This document shows positions 39,459 to 50,800 of a stretch of DNA of 64,000 nt, in pieces; within the stretch, counting starts at the first letter, position 1; each line of letters opens with the position of its first letter. The DNA lies in assembly GCA_039585235.1 (NCBI GenBank), contig JBDGWG010000007.1, positions 1-64,000 of the forward strand, written 5' to 3'. The position numbers and the translations under genes are program-made. The notes below the pieces were generated by a model. That model was not told the DNA's origin and did no database searches. It was given only the letters and a program-made list of their open reading frames with translations. The DNA is from Gemmatimonadota bacterium (GTDB taxonomy: Bacteria; Gemmatimonadota; Gemmatimonadetes; Palauibacterales; Palauibacteraceae).

Positions 39459-41575
39459 CGGAACCCCCTGTCGCGCGTCTCGACCGGCCAGCGAAGAAAC
39501 GTGACCGAGTAGTCTCCCCGGGTGCCCCCTGGTGGAGTCCACCGGACTTCCCAGAGATAACCTCCACGGCCTCCAGACTCGATTCCCCGCACCTCCACGA
39601 AACGATCGTCGTCCCAGGTGACGATCGGTTCTTCCCCCGACCGCGATCGGCGAAGTTCGAGCATCGGACCGTCCGAAGGGAGCAGAGAGCCCGGCGGTGC
39701 GTCCAGCCATCGCACGGTGACCGTATCACTTTCGCAGCGCGTTTGCTTGACGACCAGGTGCTCGGGGCGAGGGTCTCGCGAACGCGGGAAGATCTTGCGT
39801 CGCGCTCCGGGATCGCCCGAGATGGGTTCTACCCGGGCGTAATCTCTGTCGCTCAGTTGTGCGGTCAGCTCCACGATTTCGTCCTGCAGGTATTCGGCGA
39901 ATCCGGGTCCGTAGAGCGTGGATCCACCCTCGTAGTGCTGGGCCTGGTACTCCTCCCGCGTCGCCACGTACTGCATGTACCCGTTGGCCAGTCCGACGAC
40001 TACCGTCGCTCGAGCGCCAAGGTTCCTTTCCGACGACGTGCGCAGCATCGCGGCCCGAATCCGGAACCCGACCTCGGTGGTCATCTCGACGGGCACCGCA
40101 GCCGCCACCAGGTCGCCTATCTGTACCACCATGAGCTGCGATTGCGTCGGAAGATGGAGGTCTCCCAGTCCCAGACGCAGGATCCAGGGCAATTCGCGCT
40201 TCGGGGCCTGGCAGCCGCCGCTGACCTTGTCGACCGCACCTTCCTTCGCGTAGAGAGGGAAGAGTCCGAGAACCTTCCAGTCCTTCAGATTGCTCTGGCT
40301 GCCTTCCGAGCCGGCCGCCGCTCCGGCACCGACCTGAGGTTCGGGACACAGGTGAGGTGAGGCACCCGGGCCGATGAGCTGGACCGTCCGAAAGGACCTC
40401 GTTAACCGCAAATCGGCGTGAAGGTCCTTACCGGCTCGCTCGTATATCCCGATCGCCCGGGCTGCGAGAGAATCTCCGATTTCGTTCACGAACGCCCGGG
40501 CCGAACTGACGCACTCCGATCCGGGCGCCCACGATTCGGACCTCCACTCGTCAAGGGCCCGGGGCGTGCGAGGGCCTCCCGGCCGGACTCCGCTCCTCTG
40601 TGCAGGTCGATCACAGTCGAGTTCGAGGCTTCCCTCCAGAATGACGTCTCCTTCAGCCCCGTTCGCCAGCATGTGGACGCTTGCCGGCGCGAAGCGCGAC
40701 GTGACACCCGCCAGATCATCCATGTGTCTCTCCAGACCGCGCTCCACGAATCCCGAGACGTCTCCATCGTAAAGGTCGTTGGCGGGAGGATTCCCCGTTG
40801 GATGGTATGCGAACAGGCTCAACGCGCCTGCCGGTATCGTATCCCCGTATGAGGAGATCGTGTCCACGCGAAGCATCGTCCATGTGGGATCAACGGCCCG
40901 CTGCTCCGGGCTCAGGCCGTGAGGGGGTGTCGGTCGGCCATGCACGGCCGGGTCTCCGACGCGCGTCTCGAGGCTTCGATTCCGCGTGAATCCCCAGACC
41001 GGTTCTTGCACCCAGCCCGCTACGGCCCGGGTCATTCCCTCCGACGCCGCGCGGATCGCGCTGGCAACTCGATCCGCCAGGAACTCGACCACGGCCGGGT
41101 CGAATCCCGGAATGCCAGGTGCAAACTGGTTGTAGCTACGGCTGGTGAAGTAATGCCCGGGCCCCGCGTGCGTATGAGTAGCAGCGAGCACCAACCTATC
41201 CGCTCCGATGCCGGTCTCGACCACGACCCGCTCGGCTACCTCCCGATGCAGGAGAAACGAGGGCTGCGAGAGGTCGAGCGTGACCCAGGCAATCCTTTCT
41301 CCCCGCCCATCCTCCAGGACCATAGCCCGAGCGTACAGACGTTGCCGATGGCCGCGAGCCACTCCTCCTGCCGGTCCATAGTCGCTGAGGCCGAGTCCGG
41401 GCGGGGGGGTGATGTCAGCGCGTCCGAACCCGGCTTTGAGACCCGATTCTACGGACGAAGCGGGTTCCGGAGATCGGTGTGCCGGCGTGGTGACTCGCGT
41501 GGACGCACAGCTGCCCAGTGCGACCCATACTGCGGCCGTGAGAAGAGCCGGAATCCACGGAGCGACACACGACAT
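39449..41575 (-). CDS. neutral/alkaline non-lysosomal ceramidase-family protein, signal/lipoprotein
   Basis: Ceramidase-like blocks ('ITPPPGLGLSDYG', 'RAMVLEDGRGERIAWVTLDL', 'VVQIGDLVAAAVPVEMTTEVGFRIR'). The N-terminus 'MSCVAPWIPALLTAAVWVALGSCAS'. It overlaps the kinase start by 10 nt. Confidence 0.7.
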   Translation of the reverse strand: MSCVAPWIPALLTAAVWVALGSCASTRVTTPAHRSPEPASSVESGLKAGFGRADITPPPGLGLSDYGPAGGVARGHRQRLYARAMVLEDGRGERIAWVTLDLSQPSFLLHREVAERVVVETGIGADRLVLAATHTHAGPGHYFTSRSYNQFAPGIPGFDPAVVEFLADRVASAIRAASEGMTRAVAGWVQEPVWGFTRNRSLETRVGDPAVHGRPTPPHGLSPEQRAVDPTWTMLRVDTISSYGDTIPAGALSLFAYHPTGNPPANDLYDGDVSGFVERGLERHMDDLAGVTSRFAPASVHMLANGAEGDVILEGSLELDCDRPAQRSGVRPGGPRTPRALDEWRSESWAPGSECVSSARAFVNEIGDSLAARAIGIYERAGKDLHADLRLTRSFRTVQLIGPGASPHLCPEPQVGAGAAAGSEGSQSNLKDWKVLGLFPLYAKEGAVDKVSGGCQAPKRELPWILRLGLGDLHLPTQSQLMVVQIGDLVAAAVPVEMTTEVGFRIRAAMLRTSSERNLGARATVVVGLANGYMQYVATREEYQAQHYEGGSTLYGPGFAEYLQDEIVELTAQLSDRDYARVEPISGDPGARRKIFPRSRDPRPEHLVVKQTRCESDTVTVRWLDAPPGSLLPSDGPMLELRRSRSGEEPIVTWDDDRFVEVRGIESGGRGGYLWEVRWTPPGGTRGDYSVTFLRWPVETRDRGFRCP

Positions 41576-41586
41576 GGCGCGCGCCT

Positions 41587-42450
41587 TCACCACAGGGCTC
41601 CGAGCACCAGGGAATCGCTGAACCCCACACCGAGCCACCAGGACGTACCCGGAGAAGGGCCCGATCCCGATCGAGCCCCTCCGTCCTGTGCCGCGAGAAC
41701 GTGTAGCTCGACCGATACGTAGCGCCGTTCACGGCCGACCGCGACGTCGAGCCCGAAATCGAGATGAGTCACGCCGGAATCCTGAAAATAGGCCGCCTCG
41801 TCCGGGTCCTGGCGGTTCACCTCCTGGCCGGCGCTCCAGCCTGCGAGGGCGCTGACGTAAGCCGCCACGATGGGGTCGTAGGATGGCAGCACCGGCACCC
41901 TGAGGTCCATGCTCGTCTCGAAATAGGCGCCTCGCACGCGTCCCACGTCCATCCAGAGCGCAAGACGTGGAACTAGCGGACCCGCGGTCAGCCGGACCGT
42001 TCCGTACAGCTCGGTCGTGTCCACCGCGTCAGCCGACTGGCCGAACGCTCCCTCCGCGAACAGGTATCGCGTCAAGCCTCCCGTGAAGTCGAGCACTTCG
42101 GAGCGTCCGGCTACCTCGACCCACAGGTCGTTCTGGCCGAACCAGGCCTGCCCGAGTCCGGCACTCGTCGGGTCGGCCGCATCGGCCGAGCCGAGTCTGA
42201 TCGTACTCCACCACCCAACCGTGATACTCGAGCGGTCCCCGGATGCCGAAGAAAACAGATCGGGCTGAAGAACCCACGCGCTGCTGCGTGTGACTCCCCG
42301 CCACACGTAGCTGCTTCGGACTACGGCGTCGCCCCCGAAGATCCAGCCGGACTGAGCCGAGAGCGTGCCCGGGATGAGGGACCCCAACAGGAGGAGGGCC
42401 AGACTCCGGATTCCGGGGTGCGACCATGCAGACCGAGTGGATGCGCGCAT
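41587..42450 (-). CDS. secreted/outer-membrane beta-barrel-like protein (hypothetical)
   Basis: ATG at 42450. The signal peptide is 'MRASTRSAWSHPGIRSLALLLLGSLIPGTLSAQ'. Alternating hydrophobic pattern and C-terminal aromatic residue. 11-nt gap to the ceramidase. Confidence 0.5.
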   Translation of the reverse strand: MRASTRSAWSHPGIRSLALLLLGSLIPGTLSAQSGWIFGGDAVVRSSYVWRGVTRSSAWVLQPDLFSSASGDRSSITVGWWSTIRLGSADAADPTSAGLGQAWFGQNDLWVEVAGRSEVLDFTGGLTRYLFAEGAFGQSADAVDTTELYGTVRLTAGPLVPRLALWMDVGRVRGAYFETSMDLRVPVLPSYDPIVAAYVSALAGWSAGQEVNRQDPDEAAYFQDSGVTHLDFGLDVAVGRERRYVSVELHVLAAQDGGARSGSGPSPGTSWWLGVGFSDSLVLGALW

Positions 42451-42679
42451 GATCCTTGTCCGCACGACGGGATGCTCGCCCGGGCGGGAGGAGAACGTCC
42501 GGGAGCGAGGTGCTGCCACCTAATGATCTACCATCCGGGCGGCTCACTGCAAGTCGGGCACGGTCGGTTGGGAGTCCTGCCGGACCCCGATTCGCACGAA
42601 ACACCGCCACCTCCCTATCTTCTCCGATCTCCTTCCGGCAGAGGTGCCGTGAGGACCACCAGAACCCAACGGGGAGCGG

Positions 42680-44416
42680 ATGGGATTCTTCCAGTGGCTG
42701 TCTGAATTCGGCAACCGGTACATCGTGGAGATGGGCGTTACCGTGGGAGGGGAGACGATCCCCTACATGGTCATCCTCCTCCTCGGCACCGGCGTGTTCC
42801 TCACCCTTCGCATGGGCTTCATTCAGGTCCGGCGGCTGGGACACGGATTCAAGGTCACGTCCGGCGCTTACGACGATCCCGACGAGCCAGGGGACGTTTC
42901 CCATTTCCAGGCGCTCACCACGGCCCTGTCGGCCACGGTGGGGATCGGGAACATCGCGGGCGTGGCGATTGCCATCCACTGGGGCGGTCCCGGCGCGTTG
43001 TTCTGGATGTGGGTCACGGCGGCGCTCGGCATGGCCACCAAGTTCACGGAGGTCACACTGGCGCAGAAGTACCGGGTGGTAGAAGAGACCCACGGCCACG
43101 CGTGGGAGGGGACGGTCTCCGGCGGTCCCATGTACTACATCGAGAAGGGGCTCGGGCCGGGTTGGAAGTGGATGGCCGTGGCCTTCGCCATCCTCCTCGG
43201 CCTGACGGCCTTCCTGACCGGAAACGCCATCCAGGCGAACACGGTCGCCGATACCATGCGCACCACGTTCGGGGTGCCCGCCTGGGCCACCGGCGTGATC
43301 ACGTCGACCGTCGTGGCGGCGGTGATCCTCGGCGGGATCACGAGGATCGGTAAGGTCACGGCGATCCTGGCTCCGGCCATGGCGGCCCTGTACGTGTTCG
43401 GCGCGCTCCTGATCATCATGCTCAACCTCGGAGCCGTGATTCCGGCGTTCGAGCTGATCTTCCGCGAGGCGTTCAACCCGACCGCGGGCGTGGCGGGCAC
43501 GGGCGTGGGAGCATTCCTCATGACCATGATGTGGGGTGTGCGGCGCGGTCTATTCTCGAACGAAGCCGGGCAGGGCTCGGCTCCGATCGCCCATGCGGCG
43601 GCCAAGACCGACGAGCCGGTGTCCGAGGGCGTCGTGGCCCTGCTCGAGCCGTTCATCGACACGCTCGTCATCTGCACGATGACGGGACTGGTGATTCTCA
43701 CCACCGGCGTGTGGAGCGAACGGCTGCCGACACCAATCGTACTCAGCGGTGGTGACCTGACGTACGTGAGCATGGATGCCGAAGGGCTGCGCTCGGACGT
43801 AGAAGCACCCGACGTGGTCGCCATAGTAGACGGACGCCACACGGAACTGGTGGACGCGCCTCTTCTCGCCTGGCACGACGTGGCCGTCGAGGAGCTGTTC
43901 ACCGATGCCGATATGACGATTCGGTTCTCGGGTACGATTCGGCCAGCCGATGCCACGGCTGAAGCGGCGGACGGCTCGAGTTACACGACGCTCTACGGGA
44001 TGGCCTACGAGAGCGGAGCGCCCCTCACGCAGGCGGGGTTTCGGATCGGTCTCGCTCCGCTGGGCGACTGGGGCGGGACGATCGTCGTGCTGGCGGTACT
44101 CCTGTTCGCCCTTTCGACAGCTATTTCGTGGAGCTACTACGGGGATCGGTGCGCCAACTACCTGTTCGGAGCGCCGGCCGTTCTGCCGTACAAGTTCGCG
44201 TTCGTGACGATGCACTTCGTCGGGGCGGTGCTGCCGCTCGCGGTGATCTGGAATCTCGGAGATCTCTTCCTGGCCATCGTAATCGTGCCGAACCTGATCG
44301 CCCTCGTGCTCCTGTCACCGCAGGTTCTGGCGGAGACGCGAAGCTACTTCGAGCGGAAACCGTGGAGGGAGAACGAGGCGAAGCGGCAGGCCCTGAAGCG
44401 GGCAGGGAAGTCATAG
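42680..44416 (+). CDS. alanine/glycine:cation symporter (AGCS family) with ~110-aa inserted soluble domain
   Basis: 'ALTTALSATVGIGNIAGVAIAIHWGGPGALFWMWV' is the AGCS signature. The insertion lies between 'VILTTGVWSE' and 'FRIGLAPLGDWGG'. Confidence 0.85.
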   Translation: MGFFQWLSEFGNRYIVEMGVTVGGETIPYMVILLLGTGVFLTLRMGFIQVRRLGHGFKVTSGAYDDPDEPGDVSHFQALTTALSATVGIGNIAGVAIAIHWGGPGALFWMWVTAALGMATKFTEVTLAQKYRVVEETHGHAWEGTVSGGPMYYIEKGLGPGWKWMAVAFAILLGLTAFLTGNAIQANTVADTMRTTFGVPAWATGVITSTVVAAVILGGITRIGKVTAILAPAMAALYVFGALLIIMLNLGAVIPAFELIFREAFNPTAGVAGTGVGAFLMTMMWGVRRGLFSNEAGQGSAPIAHAAAKTDEPVSEGVVALLEPFIDTLVICTMTGLVILTTGVWSERLPTPIVLSGGDLTYVSMDAEGLRSDVEAPDVVAIVDGRHTELVDAPLLAWHDVAVEELFTDADMTIRFSGTIRPADATAEAADGSSYTTLYGMAYESGAPLTQAGFRIGLAPLGDWGGTIVVLAVLLFALSTAISWSYYGDRCANYLFGAPAVLPYKFAFVTMHFVGAVLPLAVIWNLGDLFLAIVIVPNLIALVLLSPQVLAETRSYFERKPWRENEAKRQALKRAGKS

Positions 44417-44458
44417 GGCCAGGCGCTTCGCCAACTGCAGGTCTCAACCGAGAAGCAT

Positions 44459-44482
44459 GAAGCCCCTCCGCGGAGGGGCTTC
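44459..44482. terminator. convergent hairpin GAAGCCCCTCC-GCG-GAGGGGCTTC
   Basis: Near-perfect 10-bp inverted repeat, read from the sequence, between the convergent AGCS and TPR-lipoprotein genes. Confidence 0.5.
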
Positions 44483-44542
44483 GTCGCATAGGGACCTCTG
44501 GATTCCGTACTTCGGGCCGTGATCCCTATTTCAGGCGCTTTT

Positions 44543-46204
44543 CTAGGTGTACGCCTCGACGAACTCACGGGCCTGATCGAGTCGCGGCCGGTCGGTGTCG
44601 GCATGGGCGGCGACCTTCAGGAGTTCTTGGAAGTAGTCGGAAGCCGCAGCCATGTCTCCGCTCGCCGCGGCTGCCATTCCCGCTCCGTACAGGCTGTTGA
44701 ATCGGGCGGGGCTACGGTCGAGAGTGGCCTGGTACGCGGCCAATGCCTCGGCGGGCCGGTCCAATTCGAGGAGCATGTCAGCCAGCAGTTCGGTCGCCGG
44801 CAACACTTCGCCAGGTGTTACGGGGTGCTTTTCAGTGCCCGCCTCCATCTCAGCGGACGATCGCATGGCAGCCAGCCCGCCCTCACGATCACCTTCTTCA
44901 AGCTGCAGCCAGGCGAGGGCCGCCAGACGCTGAATTTCCACTTGTGTTCCCCAATAAGAGCTCGCGGCGGCGACCTTCTCCTGCAGCCCGGCGAGGGTCT
45001 CCAGATCGACACGTGCCTGCTCGATTCGTCCACTTCGAGCCGCCCCGAGCGCCCTGGCGAAGTAGGTAATGGCCTCGGAGGAGGCGGCGGTGTCCCACGG
45101 GTAGTCCGCCGGCAATCGAGGTTCGAGGTCGGCTGCCTCGGCCCACAGATGCCTCTCGAGCAGCACCCGGGCAGGTACCGCAGCGAACGTGTAAGCGCTG
45201 GCCAGATGCGACTGGTACGGAGGCTCTACGGCCTCGAGCTCCTCCAGCACGGCCATCGCTCGCCGGTCTTCCGCGCCCTGCAGGTACGCGTACGCCAGGT
45301 AATCGAGGGCATGGAAGTAGTGCAGTGATTTCGCTCCACCCACAGGCCGCTTAAGCGCGGCATCAGCCGATCGGCGGTTCCAGTCAATCGATTCCTGCCA
45401 CAACCCGAGTCGGGTGAACGTGTGCGTCGGCATGTGTAACGCGTGCGGCAGCTCTGGCGCGATTCCGCCGTAGCTTCGAGCCACGTCCACGGCACCGGCT
45501 GAAAGCGCCTGATTGTCGTATGCGTGGATGATGTAGTGGTGCGCTCCTGGATGATCCGGAACGCTGGCCAAGACCTGCTCCGCCAGGGCTCCCGCTTGCC
45601 GCTGCTTGCTGAACGTCTTGTCCGCGGGATCCACGGTGGCGAGCTGCGCCAGGGCGTAGAAGGCTGCGCCTTCGGGGTCCTGCGGGTAGGACTCGTGGAA
45701 GCCACGCCATCCCTCTTCAAAGGCGACCAGGTTCGGCTGCTCGGTGTCCGAACGGCCCGTGTCATAATAGGCCGCCAGGGCGTCGATGTAAGCCTGCTCG
45801 TGGTCCGTCGCGACATGCTCGCGCGCAGCGGCCAGCAGCTCGACTCCCTTCTCGAAGGTTTCCTCGGATGGAGGGTCGGACCACAGCGGGTGCACGAAGG
45901 TCATGGCCTGTCCCCAGTAGCTCATCGCGCAGCTCGGGTCCGCATCCGTCGCCGCCTCGAACGCCCCGGCTGCTTCCTCGTATGTCATGCTGTGCAGCAG
46001 GGCCAGGCCTCGCTCCAGCTGGTCGGCCGCCGTTCCCCGGCAAGTGCGCGCGAGCACGACGGTGCCGAGCCGAGAGCCGTCGAGGTCGGTGACATCCGCC
46101 TCCGCGCCCGACCTGTCCGTGGCAGGAGTGAGACGCTCCGTGGTCTCGCCACCGCAGGCCGCGAGGAGCAGTGCGGCCGTGACAGCCGCTGCCCAGTATC
46201 GCAT
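44543..46204 (-). CDS. TPR-like lipoprotein (hypothetical)
   Basis: ATG at 46204. 'MRYWAAAVTAALLLAACGG' lipobox. Helical repeat composition. Confidence 0.6.
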   Translation of the reverse strand: MRYWAAAVTAALLLAACGGETTERLTPATDRSGAEADVTDLDGSRLGTVVLARTCRGTAADQLERGLALLHSMTYEEAAGAFEAATDADPSCAMSYWGQAMTFVHPLWSDPPSEETFEKGVELLAAAREHVATDHEQAYIDALAAYYDTGRSDTEQPNLVAFEEGWRGFHESYPQDPEGAAFYALAQLATVDPADKTFSKQRQAGALAEQVLASVPDHPGAHHYIIHAYDNQALSAGAVDVARSYGGIAPELPHALHMPTHTFTRLGLWQESIDWNRRSADAALKRPVGGAKSLHYFHALDYLAYAYLQGAEDRRAMAVLEELEAVEPPYQSHLASAYTFAAVPARVLLERHLWAEAADLEPRLPADYPWDTAASSEAITYFARALGAARSGRIEQARVDLETLAGLQEKVAAASSYWGTQVEIQRLAALAWLQLEEGDREGGLAAMRSSAEMEAGTEKHPVTPGEVLPATELLADMLLELDRPAEALAAYQATLDRSPARFNSLYGAGMAAAASGDMAAASDYFQELLKVAAHADTDRPRLDQAREFVEAYT

Positions 46205-46283
46205 ATGTGTCTCCCGGTAGTAGTGGAACCTCATCCGCGTAACGCTCTTCCGGACGTCAGGTCGGACAGACCGCCGGCGGGAT

Positions 46284-47702
46284 CTATGGAAAGATACCCA
46301 GCTCCTCGTAGCACAGGACGATCTTGTCGATCGAGTTGACGAACGCGGCGGTGCGCATGTCGAGGTCGTCTCCGTTCCTCTTCTGGACCTCCCGCACCTG
46401 GTGGAAGGCGTTGATCATCGTTTCCTCGAGTCCCGAGTTCACCAGGTCTTCCTCGTCGGCTCCGCTGGCGAACAGGGCCATGTCCTGGTCCGAGAAGTCC
46501 TTGCCGGTCGTCTTTTCGACCGCCGCGAGGAGCTGCCGGTGGGCCTTCTCGTCGAACCGCTTCTCCATACGCCCGAAGCGCACGTGGGACAGGTTCTTCA
46601 GCCACTCGAAATACGATACGGTCACACCGCCGGCGTTGAGGTACAGATCGGGAAGCACCAGGACGCCCTTCTCCGCGAGGATCTCGTCGGCGTCCGCAGT
46701 CGTCGGACCATTGGCCGCTTCGGCGACCATGCGCGCCTGGATGCGACCGGCGTTACCCGCCGTGATCTGGTTCTCCAGAGCCGCCGGGACGAGTATGTCG
46801 CACTCGAGCTCCAGCGCATCACTCGAGTTCGGGACATCCGTGGCTCCAGGGAATCCGAGGATCGAGCCCGTCTCGCCCCGGTGGGCGACCAACTGATCCA
46901 GGTCCAGGCCGGCCGGGTTCGAGATCGCCCCCTCGTACTCAGCCACGCCTACCAGCACAGCACCGTCCTGCCGCAGGAAGTTCGCCGCGTGGTACCCGAC
47001 GTTCCCCAGTCCCTGTACGACCACCCGCTTTCCTGACAGGCCCGTGGAAAGGCCCAGTGCTCGCATGTCCTCGTCGATGTCACATGCCTCCCGGATCCCG
47101 AAATAGACGCCACGGCCGGTCGCCTCGAGCCGGCCGCTGATGCCTCCCTGTGCCAGAGGCTTGCCCGTGACGCACGCCTCCCCGTTCAACTCGCCCCCAC
47201 CCATGAGCGACTTGTAAGTGTCAACGATCCAGGCCATCTCCGTCGGTCCTGTGCCGTAGTCGGGCGCGGGAACGTCCACCCCCGGTCCGATGAACATCTT
47301 CTTCACGAGCTCGAACGTATAGCGGCGGGTGATTCTCTCGAGCTCGCCCGAGGAGTACTTCCGACGGTCGATCTGGATGCCGCCTTTGGCGCCTCCGAAC
47401 GGAACGTCCACGATCGCGCACTTGAAGGTCATCAGAGCCGCCAGGGCCATCACCTCGTCTTCGTTGGCGATCATGCTGTACCGGATCCCGCCCTTGGTCG
47501 GGAGTTTGTGGTGGCTGTGCTCCGCCCTCCACGCCCGGATGACCTCGATCGCCCCGTCGTCTCGCTTCACGGGGAAGGTGAGGCGATAGACGCTGTTGCA
47601 TTCCTTGATCTGGGCGAGAAGCCGGGGATCGTGGCCCGAAATCGATCCGGCCCGTTCGAAGCTGCGGTTTACCTGGTCGAGGAAGCTGACGTTAGTGCTC
47701 AC
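46284..47702 (-). CDS. gdhA: NAD(P)-dependent glutamate dehydrogenase
   Basis: 'GGIRYS...[26 protein letters not shown]' is the Glu/Leu/Phe/Val dehydrogenase signature. Confidence 0.9.
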   Translation of the reverse strand: MSTNVSFLDQVNRSFERAGSISGHDPRLLAQIKECNSVYRLTFPVKRDDGAIEVIRAWRAEHSHHKLPTKGGIRYSMIANEDEVMALAALMTFKCAIVDVPFGGAKGGIQIDRRKYSSGELERITRRYTFELVKKMFIGPGVDVPAPDYGTGPTEMAWIVDTYKSLMGGGELNGEACVTGKPLAQGGISGRLEATGRGVYFGIREACDIDEDMRALGLSTGLSGKRVVVQGLGNVGYHAANFLRQDGAVLVGVAEYEGAISNPAGLDLDQLVAHRGETGSILGFPGATDVPNSSDALELECDILVPAALENQITAGNAGRIQARMVAEAANGPTTADADEILAEKGVLVLPDLYLNAGGVTVSYFEWLKNLSHVRFGRMEKRFDEKAHRQLLAAVEKTTGKDFSDQDMALFASGADEEDLVNSGLEETMINAFHQVREVQKRNGDDLDMRTAAFVNSIDKIVLCYEELGIFP

Positions 47703-47856
47703 GGTGACGCCTCCGTGATAGTGCGACGCCCGATCTCGGCCGCGGGAGGTCCCGTCAACCTTCGCGGCGCGTGGACAACGGGTCCAATGTACTCAAACGG
47801 AAGCGTCGGGAGGGGAGGCGGAAGTTACGGCAGGCGCTGAGTGGACCACCGGGCGA

Positions 47857-50800
47857 TCAGGGAATCGGACAGCCCGTGACTTCGTAGGACAGCTCGATCC
47901 GTTGCTTGTCCCGGGTGAGATCCGTGTGGCGAGCGGCCCGCTCTTCGTCCAGATCGACTTCCATCCTGGAGACACCGGTTACCACATAAGCCACCCACCT
48001 CGAATCGACTGCCACGTAGGCTTCCTTGAGCTTGTCGCATCCGGCAATTCCCGACTCGAACTGCATCGCGAAATTCCGGAAGCTGACCATGGCGCCGTCA
48101 GCGGAGTCGGCCAAGGCGTCGAGCACTAAGATCCGGGGATCGATTCCGGCCGGAACGATCTCGGGATACTGTATTCCGGGGAATTCGGATTCGAAGTCCG
48201 GGGAAAGGACGACCGGCTGACTGCCCCTGGTCTCCACGGAATCGGCCCGCGCGGTTCCGTCGTCCACTCCGGCTACCGTCGGTTTGCCCGACGACCCGTC
48301 GGTCCGCACGCCCGGTAAGCTGGATTGCCAGTCGAAGTCGGGCGGCCGGAACATCCGGTTGGCGCCAAACGCCGCCACCGCCACGATCCCGATGCTCGCG
48401 GCCACGTTGCCTGCCTGGCGTGCAGCGCTCACCCATCGCTGACGTCTGCGTTTCCTCGCGGCCTCCATCTCGGTCTCTTGTTCCGCCCGGCGAGCCTCGG
48501 CTTCGCGCTCCAGCACCGCTGCATCTTCTTCTTCCGCCTTCTTCGCGTCGGCCTCCACCACCTCGCGACGTGCCCGGTTCACGGAGACCTGGCGGGCCGC
48601 TTCTTCCGCTTTTGCCCGCGCCGCGGCTTCTTCCGCGCGGCTGAGTTCGGCGTCCCTGCGGCGCTCCACTTCCTTGGCCGTGGTCTGGCGGATCGCCTCC
48701 AGTTCTGCGCCGCGGAGGGCGACGGTCTGCTCCAGGGCCTTGCGTTCCATGCGAAGGCGAGAGACCTCCTCGCGTGCGACTTCGGCTACTTTCCGGGCCT
48801 TGGTGGCCATGCGAGCCGCCTCTTCTTCGGCGGCCAGCCGCGCTGCTTTGAACTCGGCGACCTGCCCCGCGGCTTCAGACTCCGCTTTCCGCCGCCGGTC
48901 CGACTCCATTCGCGCCGAGCGCCAGGCGTCTTCGGCCTCGGCCGCCAGAACCGCCGAGCGCTCCTCGGCGGCCTCCCGGGCTTTCTCGAGGTCCGAGGCC
49001 TCTTGAGCGATGCGCTCCTCGGTTTCGCGAAGGGCTGCTTCGTCCTCTTCGGTCTCCAGAGCGGCCTGCTCCTGGATAGCCTCCTTTTCGGCTCGCTTCT
49101 CGGATGCCTGTCGCACGGCGTCCTCCGCGGCCTGCCGGGCGGCCTCGAGCTGCAGGGACTTCTGGGCGGATTCCTTCTCTGCGGCTTCTCTACGCTCCGC
49201 TTCCACACGTGCTGCCTCGACCGCTGAGGCGGCTTCTTCAGCCATTCGCTCGGCCTCGGCTACGGCAGCCTGTCTGGCCGCCTCCAGCTCGGCCGCCCGC
49301 CCTGCCGCTGAGATCTCCGCTTCCCTCCGGGCCGCCTCCTCATTCCGTCTCCGTGCAGCCTCTCGCTTGGCCGCTTTGAGGGCGGCCTCTGCCTCGGCCG
49401 TCTGGCGCGTGGCTTGTGCCTCCGCCGTCTGGCGGGTCTCGTCGAGCTCGGTAGTGATCCGTGCCGCCTCGTCCTCGGCCGCTCGCCGGGCCTCGGCTTC
49501 TGCCTCGCGACGATCGGCCTCCTCCTCTGCCTGCTTCCTGGCCGCATCGACCTCGACAGCGCGGCGCGCGGCTTCCTGTTCAGCTGCTTCGCGGGCCGAC
49601 TCGAGCTCGGCCGCCTTCTGCATGGCCTCTTCCTCCGCTTCCCTGCGAAGGGCCTCTTCCGACCGATGGCGCTCCGCTTCGGCTTCAGCGAGGATCTGCG
49701 CGGCCTCGGCGTCATCGGCGCGGCGCTCCAACTCCTCCGCCGCCTGCCGTGCCTCCTCGACCTCGGCGGCCCGGCGTTCAGCATCCCGCTCGGCCGCCTG
49801 CCGTGCCTCGACGACTGCCTGACGCATGGCTTCGAGCTCGACGGTCCGGAGCGCAGCCTCTTTCTCGGCTTCCTTTCGAGCTGTTTCCGCCTCGGAAGCC
49901 CATCGGGCTGCCTCCGCTTCGGCAGCTTTGCGGGCGGACTCCAGCGCGGTTACCCGCCGAACGGCCTCCGATATCGCCTCTTCGTGCGCCTCGGACTCGG
50001 CCTGTCGGCGGAGGGCCTCTCGTTCGGCGGCTTCACGAGCAGCCTCCGCTTCAGCCGCTCGCTTCGCGGCTTCCGTTTCCGCGGCTCTGATCGCATCCGC
50101 GGCCTCCGAGGCCTGACGTGCCGCCTCGTCTTCAGCCGTTCTTCGGGCGGCTTCGAGCTCGGCTGTGCGACGGGCCGCTTCTTCTTCCGCGGCCTGGCGA
50201 GCTGCTTCGGCCGCTTCGAGCGTGGCGTTCAGCTCTGCAGCCGTCCTCGCGGCTTCCGCTTCGGCCGCCTTGCGAGCCGCATTGAGCTCGGCGGTTCGCG
50301 TCGCAGCTTCTTCTTCCGCCGCCTTGCGAGCGGCTTCCGCCGCGTCAAGCGTGGCCTGTAGCTCGGCTGCCTGTCTTTCCGCCTCCTCCCGGGCCTTTCG
50401 GCGAGCCGCTTCCAGTTCGGCGGCACGCTGCACGGCCTCGGCCTCGGCGTCCTGCCGGTTGGCCTCGGCGGCTTCGAGAGTCGCCTTGAGCTCCGCAGCC
50501 TGTCGTTCGGCGCGTTCCTCGGTTTCCCGGCGAGCCGCCTCCAGTTCGGCGGTGCGGCGCGCTGCCTCCCCTTCCGCAGCCTGCCTGGCCGCCTTTGCCT
50601 CGGCGAGGGTGGTTGCAAGTTCGCGGGCGTGTCGCTCCGCTTCCAGCTCGGCCGCGGTTCGGGCGACCTCCAGCTCCGCGGCCCGGTGAGCAGCCTCCTG
50701 CTCGGCTTTCTGTCGAGTGTTCTCAGCCGCCTCGAGAGTCGATTCGAGTTCCGCTGCCTTCCGCTGCGCTTCCGCCTCGGCGAGCTGGCGGTCCCGTTGG

